A stretch of 64,000 nt of DNA. It comes from Candidatus Latescibacterota bacterium. GTDB taxonomy: Bacteria; Latescibacterota; UBA2968; GCA-2709665. Shown piece after piece: positions 38,821 through 48,153 of this stretch (the stretch's first letter is position 1; every line of letters begins with the position of its first letter). Below the pieces are notes generated by a model that worked only from the letters and a program-made list of their open reading frames with translations, made no database searches and was not told the DNA's origin. Both the position numbers and the translations under genes were made by a program. The DNA lies in assembly GCA_965219455.1 (NCBI GenBank), contig OZ244744.1, positions 4,320,001-4,384,000 of the forward strand, given 5' to 3'.

Positions 38821-40059
38821 ATGTCCGGCCGTCTCGCATTGTTGGGCGGAGAGCCCGTCGTGGCTCAGGGGATTGCGGATCCCTGGCCGCAGTTCGACCA
38901 GACCGAAGAGGCCATGTTGTTGGAGGTGTTGCGGAGCCGGAGCTGGAACTACGGCCCCAGGTGCCTTGAACTGGAGGAAAAGTTCGCCCGTTTTCAGGAT
39001 GCGGCGTATGGGCTGGTGTGCAGTGGGGGCACCAATGCTCTGGAAGCCGCGTGCCGGGGCGCGGAGATCGGCGTAGGGAACGAGGTGATAACCAGTCCAT
39101 ATACGTTCCACGGCACGTGCATGGGTATTCTGGCCGCTGGTGCGACGGCGACGTTCGCGGACATCGCTCCGAATTCGGACAATATCGACCCCGATGCGAT
39201 TGAAGCGGCGGTTACGCCCCGAACGAAGGCAATTATGGTGGTTCATTTCGGTGGCTTGGCCTGCGATATGAAACGGATTCAGACAATCGCGGTCCGGCAC
39301 AATCTTGTCGTACTGGAAGACGCCTGCCATGGCTGGGGGGCGTCGTATATGGACCGTGGACTGGGAAGTTGGGGTCTGGCGTCGGGCTTCAGTTTTCAGC
39401 GAAGCAAGAACATCACGTGCGGGGAGGGCGGAATCGCGCTGACAAACGACGAAGAGGTAGCCGACCGTATGGGTTGCGTGATCAATTCGGGACGGTCCCG
39501 GTTCAACCGGACGCCCGAGGGACTGCGCTGGGGCGGCAACCATCGAATGACGGATTTCGCGGCGGCGATACTGCTGTGCCAGTTGGAGCGGGTCAGGAAA
39601 CAGACGGATATCCGGGAACAGAATGCCGCAATGCTGACTCGAACGCTGTCGCGGATCGATGGCATTGAGCCGGTCGAAAGACTGCCGGAAGCAACCGGGG
39701 CGAGTTGGCACATTTACAGCGCCCGGTACGCGGCGGACGAGTTCGAGGGAGTACCGCGCGAGCGGTTTCTGCAGGCGCTTCGGGCGGAAGGGGTGCCAGC
39801 GAGCGGAGGCTACACCGAGCCGGTCTATCGGAATCCCGTATTTCAGAACGACTGGAAGGCCGGTTCGTACAGGCCCTTCGCCTGGAACACGATGGACGAT
39901 GCGCCTGATTATGGGAGTCTTCATCTGCCTAACGTGGAGAAGGCCTGTAAAGACCGGATCTGGCTGTCTCAGACGGTTCTGCTTACCTCCGAAGCAAAGA
40001 TGAAGGATCTCTGCCTGGCATTTGAGAAGGTGAGAGCGCATGCGAAAGACTTACGGTAA
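38821..40059 (+). CDS. DegT/DnrJ/EryC1/StrS family PLP aminotransferase
   Basis: TKAIMVVHFGG, VLEDACH, FSFQRSKNITCGEGG. Confidence 0.93.
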   Translation: MSGRLALLGGEPVVAQGIADPWPQFDQTEEAMLLEVLRSRSWNYGPRCLELEEKFARFQDAAYGLVCSGGTNALEAACRGAEIGVGNEVITSPYTFHGTCMGILAAGATATFADIAPNSDNIDPDAIEAAVTPRTKAIMVVHFGGLACDMKRIQTIAVRHNLVVLEDACHGWGASYMDRGLGSWGLASGFSFQRSKNITCGEGGIALTNDEEVADRMGCVINSGRSRFNRTPEGLRWGGNHRMTDFAAAILLCQLERVRKQTDIREQNAAMLTRTLSRIDGIEPVERLPEATGASWHIYSARYAADEFEGVPRERFLQALRAEGVPASGGYTEPVYRNPVFQNDWKAGSYRPFAWNTMDDAPDYGSLHLPNVEKACKDRIWLSQTVLLTSEAKMKDLCLAFEKVRAHAKDLR

Positions 40060-40150
40060 GCCGTGAGACGAAAGACGTTAGAGGAAAGAGGGGGCGAGAA
40101 GTCACGGGGGCGTTGTGTGGTTCGCTGGCGTTTCACGTCTCACGTCTGGC
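40056..40150. repeat. Inverted pair of GnnAGAC heptamer arrays
   Basis: gtaagcc gtgagac gaaagac gttagag gaaagag (40056-40090) and gtttcac gtctcac gtctggc (40130-40150). Confidence 0.65.
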
Positions 40151-40252
40151 GGCTGTAAGTCAGGCGGGAGAAACCGGTGGCGACCGGAGAATTACGTACC
40201 ATCCCCTGGATTTCGATTTTCTCATTCGACACTTGACATAACCGGAGGGTGT

Positions 40253-40981
40253 ATGTTCGAGAATGCCGTTGGTCTGAAGAAACGAATGCGTGACGGAGAG
40301 CAGATTTTCGGCACGACGCTGCCCGCGGATGCGTCACGGGAGCGACTCCTGCAGGTAGTGGAGAGCGGTCCGTACGATTTCGTATCCGTGGACAGCCAGC
40401 ATTCGGCGTTGAATGAAGAGCGGTTGGAGGAATTCTGCGGCATCGCGGAGGAATTGGACGTGTTTGTCCAGTTTCGCATAAAACATACCAGGAACGCGTA
40501 CCTGATCGGGAATTACCTGGATCTGGGGCCGTGCGGCGTGGAGGTGCCCCAGACGGAGACGGATGAGACGGCGGTCGAGGCGATCAACGCGTTTTACTAT
40601 CCACCTGCGGGTGTTCGCAGTTTCGGTGGCCGCGCCCGGCGCGGGGCGGCGGAATTCTCCGATCCCTTCGATTACGCGGACTGGTGGAAGGCATACGGGG
40701 TGTTGTGGCTGCAGATCGAGTCCGTAGAGGCCGTGACCCGGGCGCATCTTCTGGCCAGGCCCGGGGTGGACTGCCTGTCTTTCGGACCCACCGACCTGAC
40801 GGTCAGCCTGAGTGCACACCCCAATCACGCCTTGAAGGCAGTCGATGACGCCGTCGCATACGTGGCAAAGTCCCTCCAGGGTTCCGGTGTGGCCGTCTGC
40901 CACCGGATCGGCGCGGCGGAACAGCGGTCGAAATTCGCGGATATGGGCGTGACGGTCTTTCTGGAACCGCCGGCGGTTTGA
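40253..40981 (+). CDS. HpcH/HpaI aldolase family protein
   Basis: RBS ggaggg; DFVSVDSQH, LDLGP.GVEVP, YYPPAGVRSFG, LQIES, GVD.LSFGPTDL. Confidence 0.85.
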   Translation: MFENAVGLKKRMRDGEQIFGTTLPADASRERLLQVVESGPYDFVSVDSQHSALNEERLEEFCGIAEELDVFVQFRIKHTRNAYLIGNYLDLGPCGVEVPQTETDETAVEAINAFYYPPAGVRSFGGRARRGAAEFSDPFDYADWWKAYGVLWLQIESVEAVTRAHLLARPGVDCLSFGPTDLTVSLSAHPNHALKAVDDAVAYVAKSLQGSGVAVCHRIGAAEQRSKFADMGVTVFLEPPAV

Positions 40982-41048
40982 GAGGGGAATCGCGGCGTAG
41001 GTCGGGACGCGGTGGTGCGTGCCCTTGCATTTCAACGGGAGAGCAAAG

Positions 41049-42257
41049 ATGGCGGGGTCGCCGGGACGGCAGTCCGAGGTCAATGTTGCGGATTTCTACG
41101 ATTCGGCATCCCCCACGTGCGGGATTGCCGAGGCGATCGCTTCACTGTCGCCAGCGGGAGGACGGGTCCGCGCGCCGGCGGGCACGTACCTGCTGAGGCA
41201 ATCCGTCTACCTGCCCCGAGGCGTGAGCCTGGCAGGCGATGGGCCGGCAACCGTTCTAGCGATACGGCCGCCGGAATCCGTTGCCCTGGAGACAGACGCG
41301 CGCGAGGGCGAAAACGAGTTTAAATGCCGCACACGTCCGCCTTTCCGGGTCGGCGACGCCGTTGGAATTTGCGACGACCGGCAGTCCGGTTGGCACGGTA
41401 CGCACGGAATCGTGCAGGAGCGAAATGGGTCCCGCGTGCGGCTGAACGTGGCGCTGGAACGCGAGCTGAAAGTGGCTGAAAACGCTCGGGCCGTGCGGCT
41501 GTTTCCGGCGATCTACGCGCTGGATGAGGTCGATATCGAGATTCAGGACCTCACCATACGGGGTCACGGACAATACCAGGGGCCCTGGTGGGACTTCACC
41601 TATGCAGCCGTCCACCTGGTCGGCTGCCGGCGTGTGCGGGTGGTAAATTGCACGGTATCGGATTGGGCGAGCGACGGATTCGGCATTCAACGGGGCAGCG
41701 ACGTCCAGGTTATGCAATGCCAGGCGCATGGCTGCCGCGGTCACGGGTTTCATCCCGGGACGGCGTTGCGCGCAAGCGTCTGGTCGCACAATATCGCCGA
41801 AGGCAACGGCGGCGACGGCTTTTTCTTCTGCGCCCGCGTGCACCATACGGTGTGCAGCGACAGCGTGTTTTCACGTAATGGCCAACACGGCATCGGCGGC
41901 GTGGCGAATGGAGGCGACCATCACAACATCATCAGCGACAATGTCTGTGCGTACAACGGGCGCTGCGGGATCGACGCCAACCGGGGCGAGGAGCAGGTGC
42001 TATCGGGAAACCTGCTGTTGAGCAATTCGCAGGAGGCGCCCGGTCGCTGGCCCGGGATTCGGTTGCACGACCTCGAGCGGGCGATTGTACAGGGCAACCG
42101 TTGCGCCGACGACCAGGAGACTCCCACGCAGACGGGCGGTATCGTGGAGAGCGGATCCAGCGATTACAACTTGATGGGCGGCAATATGTGTGTGGGGATG
42201 CGGGAGCCCGTTGTGGTGACTGGCCCCAACAGCCGTGTGGAGGGTAATCTGGTCTGA
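41049..42257 (+). CDS. Right-handed parallel beta-helix protein (pectin lyase-like fold)
   Basis: VNVADF...GGRVRAPAGTYLL...GVSLAGDG N-terminal motif, then NxxxGN repeats. Confidence 0.8.
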   Translation: MAGSPGRQSEVNVADFYDSASPTCGIAEAIASLSPAGGRVRAPAGTYLLRQSVYLPRGVSLAGDGPATVLAIRPPESVALETDAREGENEFKCRTRPPFRVGDAVGICDDRQSGWHGTHGIVQERNGSRVRLNVALERELKVAENARAVRLFPAIYALDEVDIEIQDLTIRGHGQYQGPWWDFTYAAVHLVGCRRVRVVNCTVSDWASDGFGIQRGSDVQVMQCQAHGCRGHGFHPGTALRASVWSHNIAEGNGGDGFFFCARVHHTVCSDSVFSRNGQHGIGGVANGGDHHNIISDNVCAYNGRCGIDANRGEEQVLSGNLLLSNSQEAPGRWPGIRLHDLERAIVQGNRCADDQETPTQTGGIVESGSSDYNLMGGNMCVGMREPVVVTGPNSRVEGNLV

Positions 42258-42419
42258 TATATCCCATGTTGGATGGCCCGTTTGCGGGACGGGGACCATC
42301 CGGTTTGGCCATACGTAAGGGCGTGAGGGCTCGCCGATCCGGTTTTGTGGGTCGGCGAGTTCTGGTGTTCTGTCCCGAAAATAGATTGCCGAATGGCGAC
42401 ATATTTCCGGGGCGGGACA

Positions 42420-42584
42420 CTAAATTGCGGAGAGGAGCGCGCCGATGAGCAATTTGGAAAGAGCTTCACCGAGCAGGACGGCAGCTGCGAACAGGCCGAT
42501 AGCCCTGCCGCCGGCGATGTAGTGAAACGGGTTGAAGAACCACGTCTTCACATCGTTCGAGGGTGTGCTTTCCGACATTTCCAT
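42420..42584 (-). pseudogene. Short relic of a membrane protein gene (probable internal deletion)
   Basis: Good RBS agggagg; KTWFFNPFHYIAGGRA joined directly to IGLFAAAVLLGEALSKLLI; directly downstream of DUF2089. Confidence 0.45.
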
Positions 42585-42656
42585 TGTGACCTCCCTGAAG
42601 GCATTCAATCGGATCCCGGCCCGCAGGTGATTGCGAATCGCACTGAACTCTACCGC

Positions 42657-42941
42657 CTACGCTTTTCCTGCTTCCAATTCACCGATCTTTTCGATCAGCG
42701 CGTCGAGACGGTTGCGAACCGTCGGATAGGTGACGCCATAGAGCCTGGCAAGATCTTTGAGGTTTCCACTGGATTTCACCAGGTTGAGTATCAGCGAACG
42801 GTCTCCCGGATCCAGGCGCGTCAGGATCGGGAGCACATAGCAGCCCTGTACGACCGTACCGCAATGGTCGCATCCGAGCCGCGCAACGTGCAATTGATGG
42901 GCGCAACTGGGACACCGGACGGGAAGGGTCTTGTTTGACAT
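42657..42941 (-). CDS. DUF2089 family protein (Zn ribbon + HTH)
   Basis: CPSC...CDHCGT; SSGNLKDLARLYGVTYPTVRNRLD. Confidence 0.9.
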   Translation of the reverse strand: MSNKTLPVRCPSCAHQLHVARLGCDHCGTVVQGCYVLPILTRLDPGDRSLILNLVKSSGNLKDLARLYGVTYPTVRNRLDALIEKIGELEAGKA

Positions 42942-43156
42942 TGTGTGTCCTATATTTTATCAATAGTTTCTTTAGTTTTATTCCATACGGTCCCAGACGA
43001 AAAAAACAGGCGTTCCGGGTGCGCCGCCTGTGTTGCCAGTGTCGAGCCTGTGTAAACAAGCTTGGCGAAACGAAGACATTCCATTTACGCTGACTGCCAA
43101 CGACTCGCTATCGGAAAACCGCGCGAAATATTGTCACTGCGCGAAGCCTTGTTCTG

Positions 43157-43320
43157 CTCCCCCTTTCCTTTAGGAGAGGGGGCCGGCGGGAGAGGTCTGC
43201 GCCCTTCGCGGTCGTTCGCATAATAACGCTGACGTCAAATGATCGGGCTTTTGGTTCAAGCAGACGGCTGAGAGCTTATAGCTGCTTTTTGCTGTTTCTC
43301 GGCGGCCGGGGGGAGAGGTC
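43157..43320. repeat. Cluster of small repeats
   Basis: cccctttcct-tt-aggagagggggccggcgggagagg hairpin (43157-43195), partial second copy ggccggggggagagg (about 43304-43318), and GCTGAnn heptamers (43258-43287). Confidence 0.6.
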
Positions 43321-43386
43321 CCCGCATAGCAGATGACCTGTTGTCCCTGAGATTTTCGGGACAGGATGGGACGCCTTTTGACACAT

Positions 43387-44127
43387 TCAGGCTCTTATTT
43401 CGTCCAGTGCCTTCTGCACGCCGGCTTCGAGGGTGCGCAGATCGCTGGCGATGTCCATGAATGTAAATCCCTCCCGTATGCGTTTCCTGACAATGTCCAG
43501 GCCGCGTTCGGGCATCCCGTAGGGTTTGCCGGCGTTTTTGCATCCGGATACGAATGTCTGTATGGCGTTCTCGTGGTCCGGGTGGCCCCGGTTCACACCC
43601 ATCGAGAGGGCCAGGTCGCCTGGCCCGAGGAAGCCGACGTCTATTCCCTCGACCGACATGATGGCTTCCGCGTTGTTGATGCCTTCCATGTCTTCAATTT
43701 GGGGTACGATCATCACCGCATCGTTGGCGCACTGGCGATATTCGTCGCCGTAGACGGCGACCCGGCCCGTACCGGCGGAGCGGGCGCCCTTGGGAGGGTA
43801 GCGCATGGCCTGCACGAGTGCTTCGGCCTGCCGGGGGGTGCTCACGTGCGGTACAATGATGCCGTAGGCGCCGGCGTCCAGGATGCGGGCAAGCGAGACG
43901 GGATCGTGGTCCCACGCGCGGACGAAGGGCACGGCGCCCCGGGCCTCGATGGCACGGAACGTGTCCGCGATCAGGGGGATGTCGAACGGCGAGTGTTCCG
44001 CGTCTATGGCCAGCCACTCGTATCCGGCGGCGGCCATGAGTTCGGCGGCCAGCGGGGAACCCAGGTTCAACCAGCCGCCAAGGGACAGTTCACCCCTGGA
44101 GAGTTTCGCTTTGACGGGATTTTCCAC
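43387..44127 (-). CDS. HpcH/HpaI aldolase family protein (GarL/HpcH-like)
   Basis: WLAIDAEHSP, RILDAGAYGIIVPHV, RYPPKGARS, QIED, FLGPGDL. Confidence 0.92.
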   Translation of the reverse strand: MENPVKAKLSRGELSLGGWLNLGSPLAAELMAAAGYEWLAIDAEHSPFDIPLIADTFRAIEARGAVPFVRAWDHDPVSLARILDAGAYGIIVPHVSTPRQAEALVQAMRYPPKGARSAGTGRVAVYGDEYRQCANDAVMIVPQIEDMEGINNAEAIMSVEGIDVGFLGPGDLALSMGVNRGHPDHENAIQTFVSGCKNAGKPYGMPERGLDIVRKRIREGFTFMDIASDLRTLEAGVQKALDEIRA

Positions 44128-44222
44128 CGGGTCTCCTTTTCAAGGTGTGGGCATACCAGCATGGACAGCGAATAGTTGACTTTAATTGCCGCTGCTCCGG
44201 GATCTTCGCCGCCTTCCGCCGA

Positions 44223-44241
44223 CCCTTCGACAGGCTCAGGG
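44223..44241 (+). repeat. REP-like unit CCCTTCGACAGGCTCAGGG
   Basis: Short imperfect palindrome followed by a partial copy (ggctcagggg). Confidence 0.55.
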
Positions 44242-44275
44242 AGCGGCTCAGGGGCCGGGGCTCAATGATGTCGTG

Positions 44276-45646
44276 TCACTCGATGCTCGATGAGGCCATT
44301 TCATATTCCCCCTGCACCCCTTTGACCGTACTCGAAGATCGGCGCTTGAATGACTTGCCGAATGCGGCGGCCAGACGCAGGGCCTGGTCCGGGTGATCGT
44401 CGACGAGGTTGACCCGTTCTCCGGGATCGTCCGGAAGATGGTACAGCTCATCGGGCTCCCCGTCCGGGCGCTGGATATAACTCCAGGTGTTGTCACGGGT
44501 GCAGCGGTCGGTACCGCCATGGTAACCGGTGATAATCGCCCGCCGGTGTTCATCCGCATCTCCGGTGAGCACGGGCATAAAGCTGCGACCCGCCATGGCG
44601 TCGGTGTTGCCGCGCAGGTCGAGTGCGTCGAGGAGGGTGGGCAGCACGTCCTGAAACTGTACGATCGCGGAAGTCCGGCGACCCCCGTGTTTCCCACCAG
44701 GCAGTCGGACAATGAACGGAACCTTGAGCAGTTCGTTGTACATCCGGTCCGCGCCCTTGAGGAATTTTCCGTGGTCGTTCAGAGGATGCCCGTGGTCGGC
44801 CAGCAGACAAATGACGCTGTCGTCGTAATATCCCAGGTTTCTCAGGGCTTCGAAGAGTCGCCCGAGGCAGTGGTCCACATAGGCGCACTCCCCCGCGTAG
44901 AGACCCTGGATATGGGAGATCTCGCCGGGTGAGGCCCAGTCTTCCGATGGGCCTCCCATTGGCATAATGAGGCGGGGGCCCCGGTAGCCGGGATCGGTGT
45001 AGCTATCGAATTCCGGAATGGGATCCCAGGGTTCGTGAGGGTCGAAGGAGTCCACCCAGAGCATGACGTTTTCGTGCGTGCGGTTCGTTTCCAACCAGCC
45101 GATGGCGCTGTCGACCACCTTCCAGGCAAATCCGTCTTCAGCCGAGTCGAAACCGTCGGTGTTGGCCAGGAATTGTGAGATGCGCCGGCGCCAGGTGTCG
45201 GGATAGTTCCCGTTGACGTAGTCCTCGATATTGCGTCTGGCGGGCGCGGAGATCCAGGGATCGTATTCCTGGCCGCGGATCCAGTCGTACGATGCGAAGT
45301 TCCGGTGGTAGTTCATCCCGGGAGCCCGGTAGTGGTACGTATCCGTAACGAGGCCGCAGACATAATCCTGCTCGGAAAGTATCTGGGCGACGTGGACGTC
45401 TTCCGGGGTGAGGGGTTGCCAGCCGCGGCTGTGCAGCGTGCGATGTCCGGTCATCAGCTGGCAGCGAATGGGAATGGTCGGCAGGGCTTCGGGGTAGGCA
45501 TTGTCGAATACGACAGCCTCTCGCGCAAATGCGTCGATATGCGGCGTCATGCACGCGCCGATGCCGGGAAAGGGCGCGGTTCCGCGGTTGTACAGGCTTA
45601 CGTGATCCTGTCGGAAGCTATCGAGTACGATGAAGACAACGTTCAT
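44276..45646 (-). CDS. Sulfatase-like alkaline-phosphatase-superfamily hydrolase (Thr at the formylglycine position)
   Basis: Start MNVVFIVLDSFRQDH via ATGA overlap; PTIPIRCQLMTG; FDPHEPW; ADHG; ELYHL..DPGE..N. Confidence 0.88.
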   Translation of the reverse strand: MNVVFIVLDSFRQDHVSLYNRGTAPFPGIGACMTPHIDAFAREAVVFDNAYPEALPTIPIRCQLMTGHRTLHSRGWQPLTPEDVHVAQILSEQDYVCGLVTDTYHYRAPGMNYHRNFASYDWIRGQEYDPWISAPARRNIEDYVNGNYPDTWRRRISQFLANTDGFDSAEDGFAWKVVDSAIGWLETNRTHENVMLWVDSFDPHEPWDPIPEFDSYTDPGYRGPRLIMPMGGPSEDWASPGEISHIQGLYAGECAYVDHCLGRLFEALRNLGYYDDSVICLLADHGHPLNDHGKFLKGADRMYNELLKVPFIVRLPGGKHGGRRTSAIVQFQDVLPTLLDALDLRGNTDAMAGRSFMPVLTGDADEHRRAIITGYHGGTDRCTRDNTWSYIQRPDGEPDELYHLPDDPGERVNLVDDHPDQALRLAAAFGKSFKRRSSSTVKGVQGEYEMASSSIE

Positions 45647-46809
45647 GAAGTCACTTCCTCCCGGGAAACGCGACGTTCCCAGCCGTCTCGGAAGAGCGGC
45701 AGGTGGTTGTTCACGGAATAGGGGTGTTTCCGGATCTCGTCCACGTTGAGATCGATGCCCAGGCCGGGTGCGGCAGGCACCCTGAAGTAGCCGTCGACGA
45801 CATCGAAACTTTCGCCCGTAACCAGGTCGCGCTCCCAGTCCACGTTGAATTCGTCGAAGGTTTCCTGAATGAAGTGGTTGGGTGTACAGGCCGCCAGTTG
45901 CAGGCAGATTGCTGTACAGACGGGGCCCTGGGCGTCGTGTGGCGCGACAACGCCATAGTGCGCGTCGACCATATCGCATATCATGCGGGTGGGCCAGAGT
46001 CCGCCGCAGGCCAGGGGTTCGGGCTGCAGGATGTGTACGACGTCGTGCTTCAGCAGTTCTGCAAACTGATATTTCGTATGCAGGCTTTCCCCCGTGGCAA
46101 TGGGCACTGGCGACTCTCTCGCGACCTGTGCGAGGGCGTCGATTTTGTGGTGAGGCGTCGGTTCCTCAAACCAGGTGGGGTTGTAGGGTTCCATCTTGCG
46201 GGCGAATTTGAGGGCGGTGGATGTACTGAAGCGGCAATGCCCTTCCACGAGAACGTCTACGCTGGGTCCCACGGCGTCGCGTACGGCCGCGATGATGTCG
46301 ATGGCCAGCGCCTCGTCGTCCAGGTCCGTAATCTGGTATGCGGAGCCGAAGGGGTCGAATTTGAGGGCCGTGTATCCTCGGCGAATCACGTTCTGCGCCT
46401 TCTCGTGAAAGTTCTCCGGCGTCCGCGGGCCGCGATACCAGCCATTTGCATAGGCTCTGATTCTGTCGCGCATCTGGCCGCCCAGAAGCTGGTAGACGGG
46501 TTTGTTCAGGCACTTGCCCATAATGTCCCAGCACGCGACTTCGATGGCCGCAACGGCGTGTTTATGAATCTGACCGCCGTCGGTGTACACGTCGCGGTAC
46601 ATCCGCTGGAGAATGCGTTCGGGCTGGAACGGATCCTGCCCTTCCCACTGCGGCCTGAGTTCGTGGATTGCGGCTTCAACCGTCCTGGCCATGAAGTTGA
46701 CAGTGCCTTCACCGACACCGTACACGCCCTCGTCCGTATGCACACGGGTAAAGAGCCAGTTTTTCCACGGGTTGCCCGCAATGAACGTTTCTACGTCCGT
46801 GATTTTCAT
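45643..46809 (-). CDS. Mandelate racemase/muconate lactonizing enzyme family (galactonate dehydratase-like)
   Basis: TDEGVYGVGE, ACWDIMGK, YQLLGG, ALKFDPF, EGH, WFEEP, PIATGE, APHD. Confidence 0.93.
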   Translation of the reverse strand: MKITDVETFIAGNPWKNWLFTRVHTDEGVYGVGEGTVNFMARTVEAAIHELRPQWEGQDPFQPERILQRMYRDVYTDGGQIHKHAVAAIEVACWDIMGKCLNKPVYQLLGGQMRDRIRAYANGWYRGPRTPENFHEKAQNVIRRGYTALKFDPFGSAYQITDLDDEALAIDIIAAVRDAVGPSVDVLVEGHCRFSTSTALKFARKMEPYNPTWFEEPTPHHKIDALAQVARESPVPIATGESLHTKYQFAELLKHDVVHILQPEPLACGGLWPTRMICDMVDAHYGVVAPHDAQGPVCTAICLQLAACTPNHFIQETFDEFNVDWERDLVTGESFDVVDGYFRVPAAPGLGIDLNVDEIRKHPYSVNNHLPLFRDGWERRVSREEVTS

Positions 46810-47159
46810 GAAATACCTCTTGTCTGGCCCGGGGTTCGAATGTCGTGGAAACGGAACTCCAATATTATCCCTGAGTCCCGGCCCGTCAAGTCGAATTTCC
46901 GTGCCTGGCGTGCGTCTGGCCGGGCGCGGTTCGGGATTTCGCGGCGACCCTTAACTTTTTTCTTCACAATGACGCTGCGGTCGCGTAAGTTCGGATGGGT
47001 CGGGTTCTCTGTTTATACCGACGACTGTACGATGGCGTTTCGCGCCTGTACCGGGTGTACCGGTCTGCAAGGGGTACACCACGTGAAATCCATGCGGGCC
47101 GGATCGATGAATTCGCCCGACCCGCGAAGATGATGTTCCGGGATGTCCGGGTATACACA

Positions 47160-48128
47160 ATGGGGGGGCCGTTGGACCACGTATTGAAGATTTCAGATGC
47201 GGAAATCGAGGGAATACTCTCGGTTGAGGAGGTTCTCGAAAGCTGTGACCGGGCGTTCCGTCTCTATGGGATGGGACAGGTGTCGAATCCGCCGCGGCGG
47301 GAAACCGTGCGCAGGACGGAAGGCGCGGACCTGTTTCGCCTGGAGATGCCTGCGGAGTGGCCGGGGCGGTACCGCGCCAGGAAGGTGATTGTGGAGCGGT
47401 CGGATGTCTCTGCGGGGCGGCTTGCAGGGCGCACCGCCGTCGTCGAACTGGATGATCTGTCGACGGGCCGGAGGGCCGTCCTGGAGGCGGAATATCTGAC
47501 CAATATGCGGACGGGCGCGGCGGGCGCGTTGGGTGCGCGATACCTGGGCAGCAATGCGGAGGTGCTCGCGATTCTGGGCACAGGACGTATTTCACGGGCG
47601 CTTGCCGTGTGCGCCGACGCTGCCCTCGGGCCGCGCGAGATCCGGGCGACCAGCAGAAGCGCAGCCAACCTCGAGGCGTTCGCCTCGTTCGTGGAACCCA
47701 GGGTGAACGCCCGGGTACGGGTCCCCAACTCTATTGGCGACTGTCTGGACGGCGCGGATACCGTGCTGACGGCGGTTCCCACACCACGCCCGATTCTGGG
47801 TCGATCGGACATCGCGGACGCCGTGCATCTGTCCGTGATTGCGGGCGACCCGAGGACCGCTCAACTCGACGCCGGGCTGCTGAGCAGCCGGGAGGTGGTT
47901 GCCGACCATCCTGAACAGGCTCTGAAGTCGGGAGATTTCCTGTTGGCCGGGATGGGATGGGACCGGTTCGCCCAGGACGGCGAAGGACGCGTCCTGACCA
48001 TTGGAGACGCGGCGATGGGCCGTCTGGAAGACCGGCGCGGCCACGGCGCGATTGCCTATTTTACGGGGATGGCGATTCAGGATCTGATGGCTGCGGTGCA
48101 GGTGTATGAACGCGTGGCAGGGCGTTGA
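47160..48128 (+). CDS. Ornithine cyclodeaminase/mu-crystallin family protein
   Basis: LTNMRTGAAGALGARYL, LAILGTG, FTGMAIQDLMAA. Start uncertain (47160 or 47172). Confidence 0.85.
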   Translation: MGGPLDHVLKISDAEIEGILSVEEVLESCDRAFRLYGMGQVSNPPRRETVRRTEGADLFRLEMPAEWPGRYRARKVIVERSDVSAGRLAGRTAVVELDDLSTGRRAVLEAEYLTNMRTGAAGALGARYLGSNAEVLAILGTGRISRALAVCADAALGPREIRATSRSAANLEAFASFVEPRVNARVRVPNSIGDCLDGADTVLTAVPTPRPILGRSDIADAVHLSVIAGDPRTAQLDAGLLSSREVVADHPEQALKSGDFLLAGMGWDRFAQDGEGRVLTIGDAAMGRLEDRRGHGAIAYFTGMAIQDLMAAVQVYERVAGR

Positions 48129-48153
48129 GATTGGGGGTTATTCACGGGCAGGG

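Noticed and set aside
45647-45979. N-terminal extensions on the sulfatase-like ORF (also WD40 31069-31422 and M20 29109-29174)
   Set aside because: They overlap upstream genes in another frame; better starts with RBS or ATGA coupling exist.
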